Shown here in pieces: positions 20,374 through 30,140 of a DNA stretch of 64,000 nucleotides. Source of the stretch: Candidatus Heimdallarchaeota archaeon (GTDB lineage: Archaea; Asgardarchaeota; Heimdallarchaeia; JABLTI01); contig DXJV01000019.1 in assembly GCA_019056785.1 (NCBI GenBank), positions 1 through 64,000 of the forward strand. The letters are read 5' to 3'. The translations under genes and the position numbers were made by a program. The notes beneath the pieces were generated by a model, which saw only the letters and a list, made by a program, of their open reading frames with translations, did no database searches and had not been told where the DNA came from. The stretch's first letter is position 1; every line of letters begins with the position of its first letter.

Positions 20374-22038
20374 TTATTTCTCAAATTGCAACACAAAATT
20401 ATCTTGAAAAGTTTGTTCATCTTGTACAAAGGTTTTACCAAGGTAGAGGCAAATTTCCGCACGCTCAAGCTCCCTACCAAGATAATAAGCATGGTCGATT
20501 TTTGAAACCAACTTTCGTTTAATAATCTCTTCGAAAATGGGTCGCGCTTTTGCACAAGCAAAGGTAATTGTTGGTTTGTTTGTTTTAAATGCAAGGTGCC
20601 TGGTATAGATTCTTTGTTGATGATAATCCACCCAAATGATAAAATTCCCTTGGGGGTCGGGTTCAAATTCTTGAGTATAAAGAGCAGTTTTTTCGGGTTG
20701 AGGAAGAAATACCAGTCTTGATTGCTCCTCTTCTGTAAGTTCAAAATCATTTGCAACCCTGCTTTTCGCCATGAGTAGATGTACGCCAACCCCTTTTGGC
20801 GGTTTTTTCGTTTGTTTCGCAATGAAAGCCAGATCCCGTGCTTTTTTAACCTCCTTTATTCCGCCACGACATTTCACACTAACGTCTGTTACCAGTAGTA
20901 ATTGGATTCCAAGCTCCACCGCAATACTACCAAACAAAGCGTTTATGCCAATCGGGTCCGCAGCTATAAATTCAGTTACATTGCCAATACAAGTCATCAT
21001 GGGAGTTGCGATGTCAGCTTTCCGGTAGGCCATATAATACTCGAGAGAAGTGGTAAAACCAGGATAGATGGGCATTTCTATTATCGGATCGGCAAAGAGT
21101 TTGGTTAATCCCGCCTCAATTAATTTCTCCTTTAGTGTTAACAAGCTCTCTACCCGTTTTGTTGTTTCACGCGGGATCTTTCCTTCTCGTATGTTTGTTG
21201 GAATAAACACCACACCCACTTTTGGAGGGATCACTGGAAGGAGAGTCTCAATATTCCCGTGGTCTATGCTTAAAATCAATTCTACATTCGCTTTTATTGC
21301 CGCAATAATTTCATCAGTATTGAGGGTATCCACACTGATAAGAAACTTAAATTCCTTTTTGAGAGGTTGTAAGGATTGAATGATAGTGGCAATTCTTTCA
21401 GGTTGGGGGTCATTGGCTACCGCGCCAATATCAAGAACATCTGCACCAAATTGCAAGTAATATTTTGCACGTTCTAGGATTTTCTTATCTGACAGTTTTG
21501 GGGCATCGACAATTTCAGCCATAATTAAAGGGGGTCGTTCGATGCCAATGGGGAATTGATGCTCAAACCCTAAGAGAAATTCTCCTTTTTCCATATCAAT
21601 GGGCTTTCCAAAGCCTTCTTCAAGTGCAATTTGTCCTTTTGCTAATCTTTGTTTTTTCAGGAACTTATCTGCTGGGTAAATGCTCGAAAGTTCAAAAGGA
21701 TTTGTTTCTCGTAGAGTAAGTGGAATGTCACTTGCATATCGTGGCCCTTTTACGAAAGGTACGCCATAATAATCAGTGAGTGTCTGAAGACCACCGGAAA
21801 CCAAGCCTGGTACCATTACAAGGTCATAACCTCGTAAAGCTGTTTTAGGGAGGTGTTTTTTTATTAAAGATGAATTAATGAACGCAGCTACGTTTATCGG
21901 CAAAACGAAGACACTCGTATTCTCAGGGGCGTAAACTTTCACCAAGCTTGCCGCTGCTTTTCCAGTTAAAAGAAGAATTTTTATGTTTTTTTTTATCGAT
22001 TTTTGCGGGACCATTGGAACCATCCACAGATAATTCAT
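20374..22038 (-). CDS. Archaeal dihydropteroate synthase-like protein with C-terminal DUF4346-like domain
   Basis: LLTGKAA..VAAF N-domain; pterin-binding barrel (IMAEIVDAP, GADVLDIG, ISVDT, ADP, GNVTE); C-terminal DPQGNF..DHAYYLGRELERAE. Confidence 0.85.
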   Translation of the reverse strand: MNYLWMVPMVPQKSIKKNIKILLLTGKAAASLVKVYAPENTSVFVLPINVAAFINSSLIKKHLPKTALRGYDLVMVPGLVSGGLQTLTDYYGVPFVKGPRYASDIPLTLRETNPFELSSIYPADKFLKKQRLAKGQIALEEGFGKPIDMEKGEFLLGFEHQFPIGIERPPLIMAEIVDAPKLSDKKILERAKYYLQFGADVLDIGAVANDPQPERIATIIQSLQPLKKEFKFLISVDTLNTDEIIAAIKANVELILSIDHGNIETLLPVIPPKVGVVFIPTNIREGKIPRETTKRVESLLTLKEKLIEAGLTKLFADPIIEMPIYPGFTTSLEYYMAYRKADIATPMMTCIGNVTEFIAADPIGINALFGSIAVELGIQLLLVTDVSVKCRGGIKEVKKARDLAFIAKQTKKPPKGVGVHLLMAKSRVANDFELTEEEQSRLVFLPQPEKTALYTQEFEPDPQGNFIIWVDYHQQRIYTRHLAFKTNKPTITFACAKARPIFEEIIKRKLVSKIDHAYYLGRELERAEICLYLGKTFVQDEQTFQDNFVLQFEK

Positions 22039-22109
22039 TCATCATTTCAATATAAGATATTTTCCAGCGAATGATTGAGTGGTAAGAACCATTTTGATAG
22101 TTTGTGTGA

Positions 22110-23012
22110 TTATTTCAAATGTTTCGAGAGATAGGTGTAGAGTTTTTCCGGGGTTTCAAAGAGAGAAAATCCTTCTATATTTGCCAGTTGTTTGACAGCC
22201 TCTGCCTCTCGTTTTCGAACAGTTACTTCTGTTTCTTCGAGAAAAGTAATTATTGTGTAGCGACAATACTTAACACAGTCTAGACAACCAATGCATTTTA
22301 AACGATTAATTCGGACCTTTCCACGCTTCCGGCGGATTGCTCCTGGTTTGCATGCCCAGAGAGCCGAGCATTCTTGACAACGCTGACAAGCTTCTTGATG
22401 AAGGAGCACTGGGAGATAACTTTTAATTTTTCCTGCTCTATAATCTGTTGGAACAACAAGAACTTCTGTGCTCCCACTTTTATTAGCCATTATTGCAAGA
22501 TTTGTCAACAAGCTATCCGCAATACCATGAGCAAGTTTAGCTACAGTATTCCCAGTTGCGGGACTGATGATCACAAAATCGTACTTCCCCGTTGCAGCAC
22601 TCGAGCCTGAAGGAGTGCTTCCACCTTCATCGATTTCAAAAATGACATCATTAAAAGCTTCATCAAAATCAAATTCTTCTTTTTGTTCGCTATTCTTTTC
22701 GTCCAATCGTTTCAAATACACATCAATTGACTCGCTTTCGTTACTGCCCAGCCATTGATATTTTTCCACAAATCCGGGGAGAAAAATATCTTGATTGAAA
22801 TTTGGGATCTCCCGAACCTTATCGAGAAAGGGTGTTTTGACAGGCACAGGAGGTTTGAACACACCGTAGCATTGGGAAACTTCCCGCCCGGCATTACTGT
22901 AAAATAAATCGATCTGTACATTTTTATTTTGGACAATTCTTCCTAAAATTTCATAACTTTCAGGTAGCCAACAACCGGCGCCAGTTATTCCCCAAGCAAT
23001 ACGTATGGTCAT
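22110..23012 (-). CDS. dmrX: AfpA-family flavoprotein with two 4Fe-4S motifs; dihydromethanopterin reductase (acceptor)-like
   Basis: IAWGITGAG, PATGNTVAKLAHGIADSL, VPTD, then CQRCQEC..C and CIGCLDCVKYC. Confidence 0.8.
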   Translation of the reverse strand: MTIRIAWGITGAGCWLPESYEILGRIVQNKNVQIDLFYSNAGREVSQCYGVFKPPVPVKTPFLDKVREIPNFNQDIFLPGFVEKYQWLGSNESESIDVYLKRLDEKNSEQKEEFDFDEAFNDVIFEIDEGGSTPSGSSAATGKYDFVIISPATGNTVAKLAHGIADSLLTNLAIMANKSGSTEVLVVPTDYRAGKIKSYLPVLLHQEACQRCQECSALWACKPGAIRRKRGKVRINRLKCIGCLDCVKYCRYTIITFLEETEVTVRKREAEAVKQLANIEGFSLFETPEKLYTYLSKHLK

Positions 23013-23348
23013 TACTCAAGTCTTGCTCCTATTAAACGGGTTTAAAATACTACTTTGAGCATTTGAATTTTTCCTTAAGAAGAAAATCCCATAAAAATAA
23101 ATTAATTAAAATAAATAAGCATTATTTAATTCATCAGTTCTTTTTTAAAACAATTACATAACTAATGACTTTTTGTATTAGACAAAAAATAAAAGCATTT
23201 TTCTTCAAATAATATTAAAAAAAATTGCTATTTTTTTCATAAAAAAAAGCAAAAACCGATAGGAGATAAAGAAAATATAGCTCAAACTGTCAATTTTTTG
23301 CCGAAAAAAGTCACAAAATTTCCAGATTGGTTGCCGACAATTAACACA

Positions 23349-23419
23349 TAAGTAAGACTTTTAAGGAAGAACTGCACATTTGTACAATGTAAAACATTTA
23401 AATGTGTTTTACTTACTTA
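23349..23419. promoter_or_regulatory. Nested palindromes upstream of the small zinc-finger gene
   Basis: ACATT-tgtac-AATGT (23376-23390) and ACATTTAAATGT (23394-23405) lie inside inverted TAAGTAAG/CTTACTTA arms. Confidence 0.4.
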
Positions 23420-23470
23420 ACCGCTTGAAAAATAACTTTATAGTGAAAAAAATCTGCTGAGGACAATATA

Positions 23471-23776
23471 TTGTGTGCTAAGTCATCCATTATTCAAAAT
23501 AAGAGACAAGGACTTAAGTTCTGTAAGATCTGTCAGTGCTTGGTTGAAGATGTTGAAGAACATATGAAAAGGAAGCATCCAAAATATGCAGAGTATCTTC
23601 ACAAAAGAGAGGAAAAAGAAGCATTGAGCATTTGTGGCTACTGCGGACGAATGATTAAGGACTGGCGCAAACACGTGCAAGAGAGTCACCCTGAGTTAAT
23701 AGCCACTTATGCAAGGAAGAAAAAACCGAAGCAGGAAGAAGAGGAAGAAGACTTTACAAAAATGTTCAATTTATAA
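23471..23776 (+). CDS. Small tandem C2H2-type zinc-finger protein with acidic tail
   Basis: CKIC-x9-H-x4-HP and CGYC-x9-H-x4-HP; GAGG upstream of the TTG start. Confidence 0.7.
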   Translation: MCAKSSIIQNKRQGLKFCKICQCLVEDVEEHMKRKHPKYAEYLHKREEKEALSICGYCGRMIKDWRKHVQESHPELIATYARKKKPKQEEEEEDFTKMFNL

Positions 23777-23814
23777 AAAATTCTGCAAGAGAATGGCGGT
23801 TCTTCCCCTCTCTT

Positions 23815-24906
23815 CTAACTTTTCTTCCTTAATAATTTCATGAGAATTCTCGGGATCTGATCAATACTTTTTACAGCCATATATCGTCCTTTGCCATACC
23901 GGGCAAGATCTCGACAGACAGCTTCACCCCAGACTTTTTCAGAAGGCAAACCTAAAACATGAAGATTGAAGTAATTCCGCGCAAGTGGCCGTGGATCGTT
24001 TCCTCTGTTGAAACAACCATCGGTTACCAATACACCAAATTTTTCCGTTCGTTTTTCTTTTCGCAATTCTTGAAGGCCCTTTTTCAATGCATCCTCAATG
24101 TTAGTATAACCTGCAGATTCACTTTCCAATACACGATCGATGAGGGTATCGATTTTGACTTTTTCATCCAGCTTTTTAACAACCGTTGCTTTTGTGTTAA
24201 ATAGAATGACAGCGAACTTTTCCTTAGCAAGATGGTAGGCGAGAATCGCCACCGCCATTGCAGCATTTCGGAACTTTTGACCATACAATGAGCCGGAAGT
24301 ATCGAACATCAATACACCGATGTTCTCACGATTGCGCCGCTCAATTGCAACAATATCAGAATATTGGATATATCTGTTCATTAGATATTTCTCAATTAGA
24401 GCATCCATATCAAAGTCAGACATACCTGGCTCATATTCTGTTTTGACTTGTAGTTCGCCCTTTAATCCCCGACCTACAATGCGATAAGAGGATTTGAGAA
24501 TGGACACTCGAGACAATCGCCGGTAGATCTTTTTATATTGAGGATCGAAATTGCTCCGCAACATGAAAAACAGTTCTGGAGCGCTTCCTTCCCCTCGTGC
24601 AGCCCGGCGTTCAATCATTCTAACGCCTTCATTTGATTGAAGGGCTTCTGCAACAGCATATTGATTACTTCGGGCAATTCCTTTTAGAGCTTGGATATTA
24701 TCATGTTCTATCGCCAATTCAGTCAGTTTCTTTAACTGTGGGAATTTCATTCCTTTGGTCATTTGGTTATAGTCCTTCGCGGAACGAGTGCCTGAAACGA
24801 TCTCCGCTTGTACGAGCTTTTCTGGTGTCATTCGACCAAATTGGGGGAGCAGTCTACCAGTCGTTCGCGGAAGAACGCTTTCATTTGGTCCGAAAAAACT
24901 TCCCAA
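23815..24906 (-). CDS. VWA-domain protein (MoxR partner, CoxE-like)
   Basis: MIDAS DTSGS, GYTNI, VTDG; overlaps the MoxR stop. Confidence 0.87.
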   Translation of the reverse strand: MGSFFGPNESVLPRTTGRLLPQFGRMTPEKLVQAEIVSGTRSAKDYNQMTKGMKFPQLKKLTELAIEHDNIQALKGIARSNQYAVAEALQSNEGVRMIERRAARGEGSAPELFFMLRSNFDPQYKKIYRRLSRVSILKSSYRIVGRGLKGELQVKTEYEPGMSDFDMDALIEKYLMNRYIQYSDIVAIERRNRENIGVLMFDTSGSLYGQKFRNAAMAVAILAYHLAKEKFAVILFNTKATVVKKLDEKVKIDTLIDRVLESESAGYTNIEDALKKGLQELRKEKRTEKFGVLVTDGCFNRGNDPRPLARNYFNLHVLGLPSEKVWGEAVCRDLARYGKGRYMAVKSIDQIPRILMKLLRKKS

Positions 24907-25765
24907 TCACTTTCCGTACGATTTCTTCAATGACTGTTTCGATGGTCTCTTCTACGCCATCTTCCAATTCTACCTTGGTTGCCAGAGCCATAATACTAAT
25001 GTCTATCCACGTTTGTAAAGTTCGTTCTTCGAATTCATTTATAATCGATGCCAAATCAATGGCTCCACGAATACTTGCACCACGACGAAGTTTCACATTT
25101 TCTCGCGTTTCGCGGACAATTAGAACAGAGTAGTCAATAACATCTTCTGGTGCGCCCTTTACATTTGCTGCTACGATTTGTTTCTCTTCTTGCTCTGATT
25201 GATAGTCCAAACGAATCCAAACAAACCGATCCTTAATAGCTTCACCTAGAGGCGTTGTTGCAATAAATTCAACGGGATTCTGAGTGGCGATAATAAAGAA
25301 ACCTTTTTTGGCAGTAACTTCTCCGAGTTTTGGGATGACAATACGACCTTCGTCCATTGCTGAGAGCAAGACGTTTTGAGTTGATTCAGGGCACCGATTG
25401 ATTTCGTTCGCAAAAAGAATCGCCCCATTCTGCATCGCACGAATGAGAGGGCCTGAGACGAAAGATTCAAAGGAATACCCTTTTTCAAGGACAACCGGAG
25501 GGTCAAAATGGCCAACTAATTTGTCAGGATGGTAACGTTCGTCACCATCAAAACGAACGAATTGTGTATTAAGATAGGCAGCAAGAGCATGTGCTAGAGC
25601 TGTCTTTCCCACACCAACAGGACCTTCTAACAAAATGTGTCGTCCTGCAGCTTTTGCGGCAAGGGCTTTCATGAGCTCATTTGTTCGGCCAACAATTCCA
25701 AACTTCTTCTTAATGGCATCCACTGAGATTTTTAAATTGGCTTTTTTCAGTTCTTTTTCCGGCAT
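24881..25765 (-). CDS. MoxR-family AAA+ ATPase
   Basis: Walker A GPVGVGKT, ILFANEINR, ATQNP, AIKDRF. Confidence 0.92.
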   Translation of the reverse strand: MPEKELKKANLKISVDAIKKKFGIVGRTNELMKALAAKAAGRHILLEGPVGVGKTALAHALAAYLNTQFVRFDGDERYHPDKLVGHFDPPVVLEKGYSFESFVSGPLIRAMQNGAILFANEINRCPESTQNVLLSAMDEGRIVIPKLGEVTAKKGFFIIATQNPVEFIATTPLGEAIKDRFVWIRLDYQSEQEEKQIVAANVKGAPEDVIDYSVLIVRETRENVKLRRGASIRGAIDLASIINEFEERTLQTWIDISIMALATKVELEDGVEETIETVIEEIVRKVIGKFFRTK

Positions 25766-26022
25766 TGTTTATCAACTATTGTTAATTCAAAATACTATGA
25801 CTAACTACTGTATTAAATTTAATCCTAGCTTTCAAAAGTGAAAACAAAATGCTTATAATATTTTCCATAGGCTTTAAAACAGAAAAAATAACTGTCAAAA
25901 ATTCAGGTAATATAAAGGCACTAGTGCTTTCCGCCAAATTTTTGGAAAGATAAATAAAAAGGCTATTAATTAAAAAATACAGTTACTTTCAAAGTAAACG
26001 ACACCAGCACTGCTAAAATGAG

Positions 26023-27243
26023 TTGTTAAACTTGATATCGCTTAGCAAAATGAAAGATTGGTTTGAAGCGGAAACAGAGGGAAGTGTAAGAAAAATCCGC
26101 TCAGAACTTCGGAAAAGGTTTGAGAATATTAGCTCAAATATGGAAGACCTCAAAATTGCTGCACAAGATTTTGAAGTGAAAGATACAATCGACGCAGAGT
26201 CACGTTCTTCTCAAAATATCTATGAAAAAATGACTGAAATGGTCGAAGAGTTTGAAATCCCGCAAACAATAACCTACAGTAGCGCGCAGGCATTTTTGAA
26301 AGATTTAGAGAAATTTCTCTCACGCGTGTTAACGTTAGGCTCCAGGTTCATACGTAACTTGAAGAAGAACAAATATCGAACAAGGGTATTCATCCTTCAA
26401 CGAGCGTTAACACGGCTCCAGAAAAATTACCAAGAACTCGAGAACTTTCTTGAAAATAAAACAGTATTATTACAGGAAGTAGATGAAACTTCGGAAGGGA
26501 TTGAAAATCTGATCAAAAAAGTTCATGAAAGAGAGAAAATAAAAAAGGCAATTGTCGAAGAAAAAGAACTTGTATCACAACATGAAGAAAAACTCCAAGC
26601 CTTAAAAGAGGAATACACAAAAATCACGACCGGAACAGCAATTGAAGAGCTTGAAGAAATAACACGAGAAGAACAGATCATTGTTAATAAGATTAAACTT
26701 GTTTTAGGAGGGTTGGATAAACCCCTCCGAAAACTCATCTCGAGAGCTCAAGATGGCAAAGTTATGGTTCCGCCTGGTTTAATTGACTTGGCTAATCAAT
26801 TAAAGGAAGATACAAAAACCGCTCTTGAGAAAATGGACAAAGGGCATCCACAGTTAAGCGAACTGATGGAAATTTTACAAGACGCAGTCGAAAAAAACAA
26901 ATTAAAACTAAAACCATCTATGCAAAATAAAACTAAAACTCTAACAAAAGAAATCATTGAAGGAAGCATTAAAGAGCAACACAATGAATTACTCCGATTG
27001 GTTTCAAAACGAAACGAAATCGAACAAAAGATTGACCAATTGGGTTTACGCGGGCAGTTAGAAGAAATCACCATAAAACGAGAGGCGGTTGAGAAAGACA
27101 AGCTAATTGTTGAACGACGCTTGAAAGAATTGCAAAATCAACTCGAGTCCATCAATAATGAAATCGCTAGCCTGGCTGCACAGATTCAACGTAAAGTTCG
27201 GAAATTGACCTCTCAAGACGTTAAAATTAACATTAAAGACTAA
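26023..27243 (+). CDS. Hypothetical long coiled-coil protein
   Basis: 406-aa ORF, E/K/L-rich heptads, no catalytic motifs seen. Start may be ATG 26050. Confidence 0.7.
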   Translation: MLNLISLSKMKDWFEAETEGSVRKIRSELRKRFENISSNMEDLKIAAQDFEVKDTIDAESRSSQNIYEKMTEMVEEFEIPQTITYSSAQAFLKDLEKFLSRVLTLGSRFIRNLKKNKYRTRVFILQRALTRLQKNYQELENFLENKTVLLQEVDETSEGIENLIKKVHEREKIKKAIVEEKELVSQHEEKLQALKEEYTKITTGTAIEELEEITREEQIIVNKIKLVLGGLDKPLRKLISRAQDGKVMVPPGLIDLANQLKEDTKTALEKMDKGHPQLSELMEILQDAVEKNKLKLKPSMQNKTKTLTKEIIEGSIKEQHNELLRLVSKRNEIEQKIDQLGLRGQLEEITIKREAVEKDKLIVERRLKELQNQLESINNEIASLAAQIQRKVRKLTSQDVKINIKD

Positions 27244-27386
27244 GTAACGAATTGGAAAAATCCACCCAAATTTAATGCGAAAAAACTCAACTACGATTTA
27301 TTAATATTCGAATACTTATGAGCATTAAAAAGTGAAAGGGAGCTTATAGTATTATTCTATGAGTGGAAAGACCGAGACTTGTGCAA

Positions 27387-29000
27387 ATGTCTACTAAAAA
27401 GAAAACTTCTCCGGGAAAAAAAAAGCAAGAATCCGAAGAAGGGAATATCGAATATAAATGGAAATTAATTGAACCTACTGCAACACGGTTCGAACATCTT
27501 GTCTCCCAATTGAAATTCAGGCTTCTAGAGGGACAAGGAGAAGCGATCTACGAAATTGGTATTGAAGATAGCGGTTACCCTCGAGGAATAAGTGAAAAAG
27601 AACTAAAATTATCTATAGCCACTTTAGAAAAAATGGCAAAAAAGCTTGATGCTGATATCACCGTTTTAAGAACACGTGATGGCGAAAGTGGCAAAGTGGC
27701 AGAAGTATTGGTGAGACGGTTAGCCGAGGGGGAATTTCTCGAAATACGCGTTGCCGTTGCTGGCAATGTTGACAGTGGGAAAAGCACTCTCGTTGGTGTA
27801 CTCACTCGAGGTAGCCTTGACAATGGCCGTGGGGCAGCACGCATTAATGTTTTTCGGCATAAGCATGAACTAGAAACAGGGCGAACCTCGAGTATTAGCC
27901 AGCAGCTTTTGGGCTTCGACAGTAAAGGAGAAATTGTTAATTACCATTTGATCGAAGATCATAATTGGACGAACATTATTGAAGCAAGTTCGAAAATTAT
28001 TACGTTCATTGATTTGGGCGGGCATGAGAAATATCTAAAAACTACCCTTTTTGGGTTGACAGGTCACCAACCGGATTATGTTTTACTTGTTATTGGAGCT
28101 AATATGGGTATTGTTGGAATGACAAGAGAACATTTAGGCATTGCCTTAGCATTAAAAGTGCCAATCATTATTATCATAACAAAAATAGACATCTGCCCTG
28201 AGCACATCTTGAAAAAGACCATTGGTGATATTACAAAACTGTTGAAAATTCCAGGCTCAAATAAGATTCCGATAATCATTAGAAATGAAGATGATGTAGT
28301 TGTAAGCGCTAAAAACATCACGTCAAGAAGAATTGCACCAATCTTTTTAATTTCGAACGTGACAGGGGAAAACCTCGATTTGGTTCGAAAATTCCTTAAT
28401 CTTTTACCGGCGAATAAAAATTGGGAGGAACATATAAACGAGCCGGTGGAATTCCACATAGATGAGACTTTTTCAGTGACAGGAGTAGGAACAGTTGTTG
28501 CTGGAACACTTATTAGCGGGACAGTTTCCGTGGACAACATTTTACTCTTAGGTCCTGATGAGGTTGGTGAATTTAGAGAAGTAAAAATTAAAAGTATACA
28601 TAATAAACGCGTTTCTGTTCGAAGAGTTATTTCCGGGCAAACTGCCACATTCGCTTTACGAAAAGTGCAACGGTCATCAATTAGAAAGGGGATGGTGCTT
28701 TTAGACACAACTATTAACCCCAAAGTTGCCATGCAATTTGAAGCAGAAGTTTTGGTTCTTTATCATTCAACTACTATCCAAAAAAACTACCAGGCAGTGA
28801 TACATTGCGGGACCATAAGACAAACAGCCCGAATTGTTTCAATGGATAAAGAAGTAATACGAACCGGCGATAAAGCAAAAGTGATCTTTGAGTTTCTCTA
28901 CTATCCAGAGTATTTGAAGGAAGGCAGACAGATCATCTTCCGAGAAGGAAGAACAAAAGGTATTGGAAAAATTACAAAAATTTTTTACAATAAGAAATGA
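27387..29000 (+). CDS. GTPBP1/GTPBP2-family translational GTPase
   Basis: N-domain EEGNIEYK..RFEHLVSQLKFRLLEGQGEAIYEIG; GNVDSGKST, RHKHELETGRTSS, DLGGHEKYLKTT, TKID; EF-Tu-like domains II/III (FREGRTKGIG). Confidence 0.93.
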   Translation: MSTKKKTSPGKKKQESEEGNIEYKWKLIEPTATRFEHLVSQLKFRLLEGQGEAIYEIGIEDSGYPRGISEKELKLSIATLEKMAKKLDADITVLRTRDGESGKVAEVLVRRLAEGEFLEIRVAVAGNVDSGKSTLVGVLTRGSLDNGRGAARINVFRHKHELETGRTSSISQQLLGFDSKGEIVNYHLIEDHNWTNIIEASSKIITFIDLGGHEKYLKTTLFGLTGHQPDYVLLVIGANMGIVGMTREHLGIALALKVPIIIIITKIDICPEHILKKTIGDITKLLKIPGSNKIPIIIRNEDDVVVSAKNITSRRIAPIFLISNVTGENLDLVRKFLNLLPANKNWEEHINEPVEFHIDETFSVTGVGTVVAGTLISGTVSVDNILLLGPDEVGEFREVKIKSIHNKRVSVRRVISGQTATFALRKVQRSSIRKGMVLLDTTINPKVAMQFEAEVLVLYHSTTIQKNYQAVIHCGTIRQTARIVSMDKEVIRTGDKAKVIFEFLYYPEYLKEGRQIIFREGRTKGIGKITKIFYNKK

Positions 29001-29114
29001 AGTTTCAAAAGTAAAGTGAGAGGAGGATTTTTTTCGCATTCCTAAACCATAATTATTTAAAAATAGGCTCTTTAACAATACTTGAAAAAAAGAAATCGTT
29101 TTGGTGAATAGTAA

Positions 29115-30044
29115 ATGACGAAAAAAGACTACAAGGTAATTATTGTCGGTGCAGGGCCTGCGGGTTTAACTGCAGCAATCTATACTGCTCGAGCAGGTTT
29201 ATCGACCTTAGTAATTGGCAATCCCTATGAATCACAAGTGGCAAAATTGGGAGTAATCGAGAATTATCCTGGGTTTAGGAAAGGGGTTCAAGGGATGCAA
29301 TTAATCGAAGAAATGGCAAATCAAACACAAGCAAATGGCGGAAAAATTGTCTATGCAAATGTAATTTCCATCGAGAAAAAGGGAGAAACCTTCCTTGTGA
29401 AGAGTGATGAAGATGAGGAATTCCAGGCAAAGGTAATCATCATGGCAATGGGTTCTCGCTACCGGAAGATGCGCATTGAAGGTGAAGAGGAATATTATGC
29501 TAAGGGAGTTTCTTATTGTACAGTTTGTGATGGAGCACTTTTCAAAGATAAACCAACAGCAATAATTGGTTATGGCGATGGCGCAGCAATTGGCGCATTA
29601 TATCTTGCAAATTTTTCAACAAAGGTATATGTTATCACACCAAAGAAAGAATTAGGCGCTGAAGCAATTTACATGCACCGTCTTAAAACAAAAGATAACA
29701 TCGAAATTTTTTACAAAGCAAAAGTAAAAAAAATTGCCGGGGATGAATTTGTTAATAGCATCATTTTCAAAGACAGTGAAGGAAAGGAGCATAAAATTGC
29801 GGTTGATGGAGTGTTTATTGAATATGGAACCGTTCCAAATACGCTTCTCGCAAAGCAACTTGGAGTTGAAATCGACGAGAAACATTTCATTATTATTGAT
29901 AATGTGACCCTAGCTACAAACATCCCAGGCGTTTATGCTGCAGGGGATGTTACCGGCCGGATACGGCAAATCGCTACTGCTGTTGGTGATGGCTGCACAG
30001 CTGCAACTTATGCGCAAGAATATCTCGAAAAACTTGAGGATTGA
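29115..30044 (+). CDS. trxB: Thioredoxin reductase-like FAD/NAD(P)H disulfide oxidoreductase
   Basis: GAGPAGLTAAIY, IENYPG, GVSYCTVCDG, TNIPGVYAAGD. Confidence 0.92.
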   Translation: MTKKDYKVIIVGAGPAGLTAAIYTARAGLSTLVIGNPYESQVAKLGVIENYPGFRKGVQGMQLIEEMANQTQANGGKIVYANVISIEKKGETFLVKSDEDEEFQAKVIIMAMGSRYRKMRIEGEEEYYAKGVSYCTVCDGALFKDKPTAIIGYGDGAAIGALYLANFSTKVYVITPKKELGAEAIYMHRLKTKDNIEIFYKAKVKKIAGDEFVNSIIFKDSEGKEHKIAVDGVFIEYGTVPNTLLAKQLGVEIDEKHFIIIDNVTLATNIPGVYAAGDVTGRIRQIATAVGDGCTAATYAQEYLEKLED

Positions 30045-30140
30045 GAATCTTTTTCTCCCTCTTTCCTTCTTTTTACCGTCTTGACAATTTTTATAAACAT
30101 TTTTAGATAGTTACTGATAAGGAAAATTAATTGTATACGA

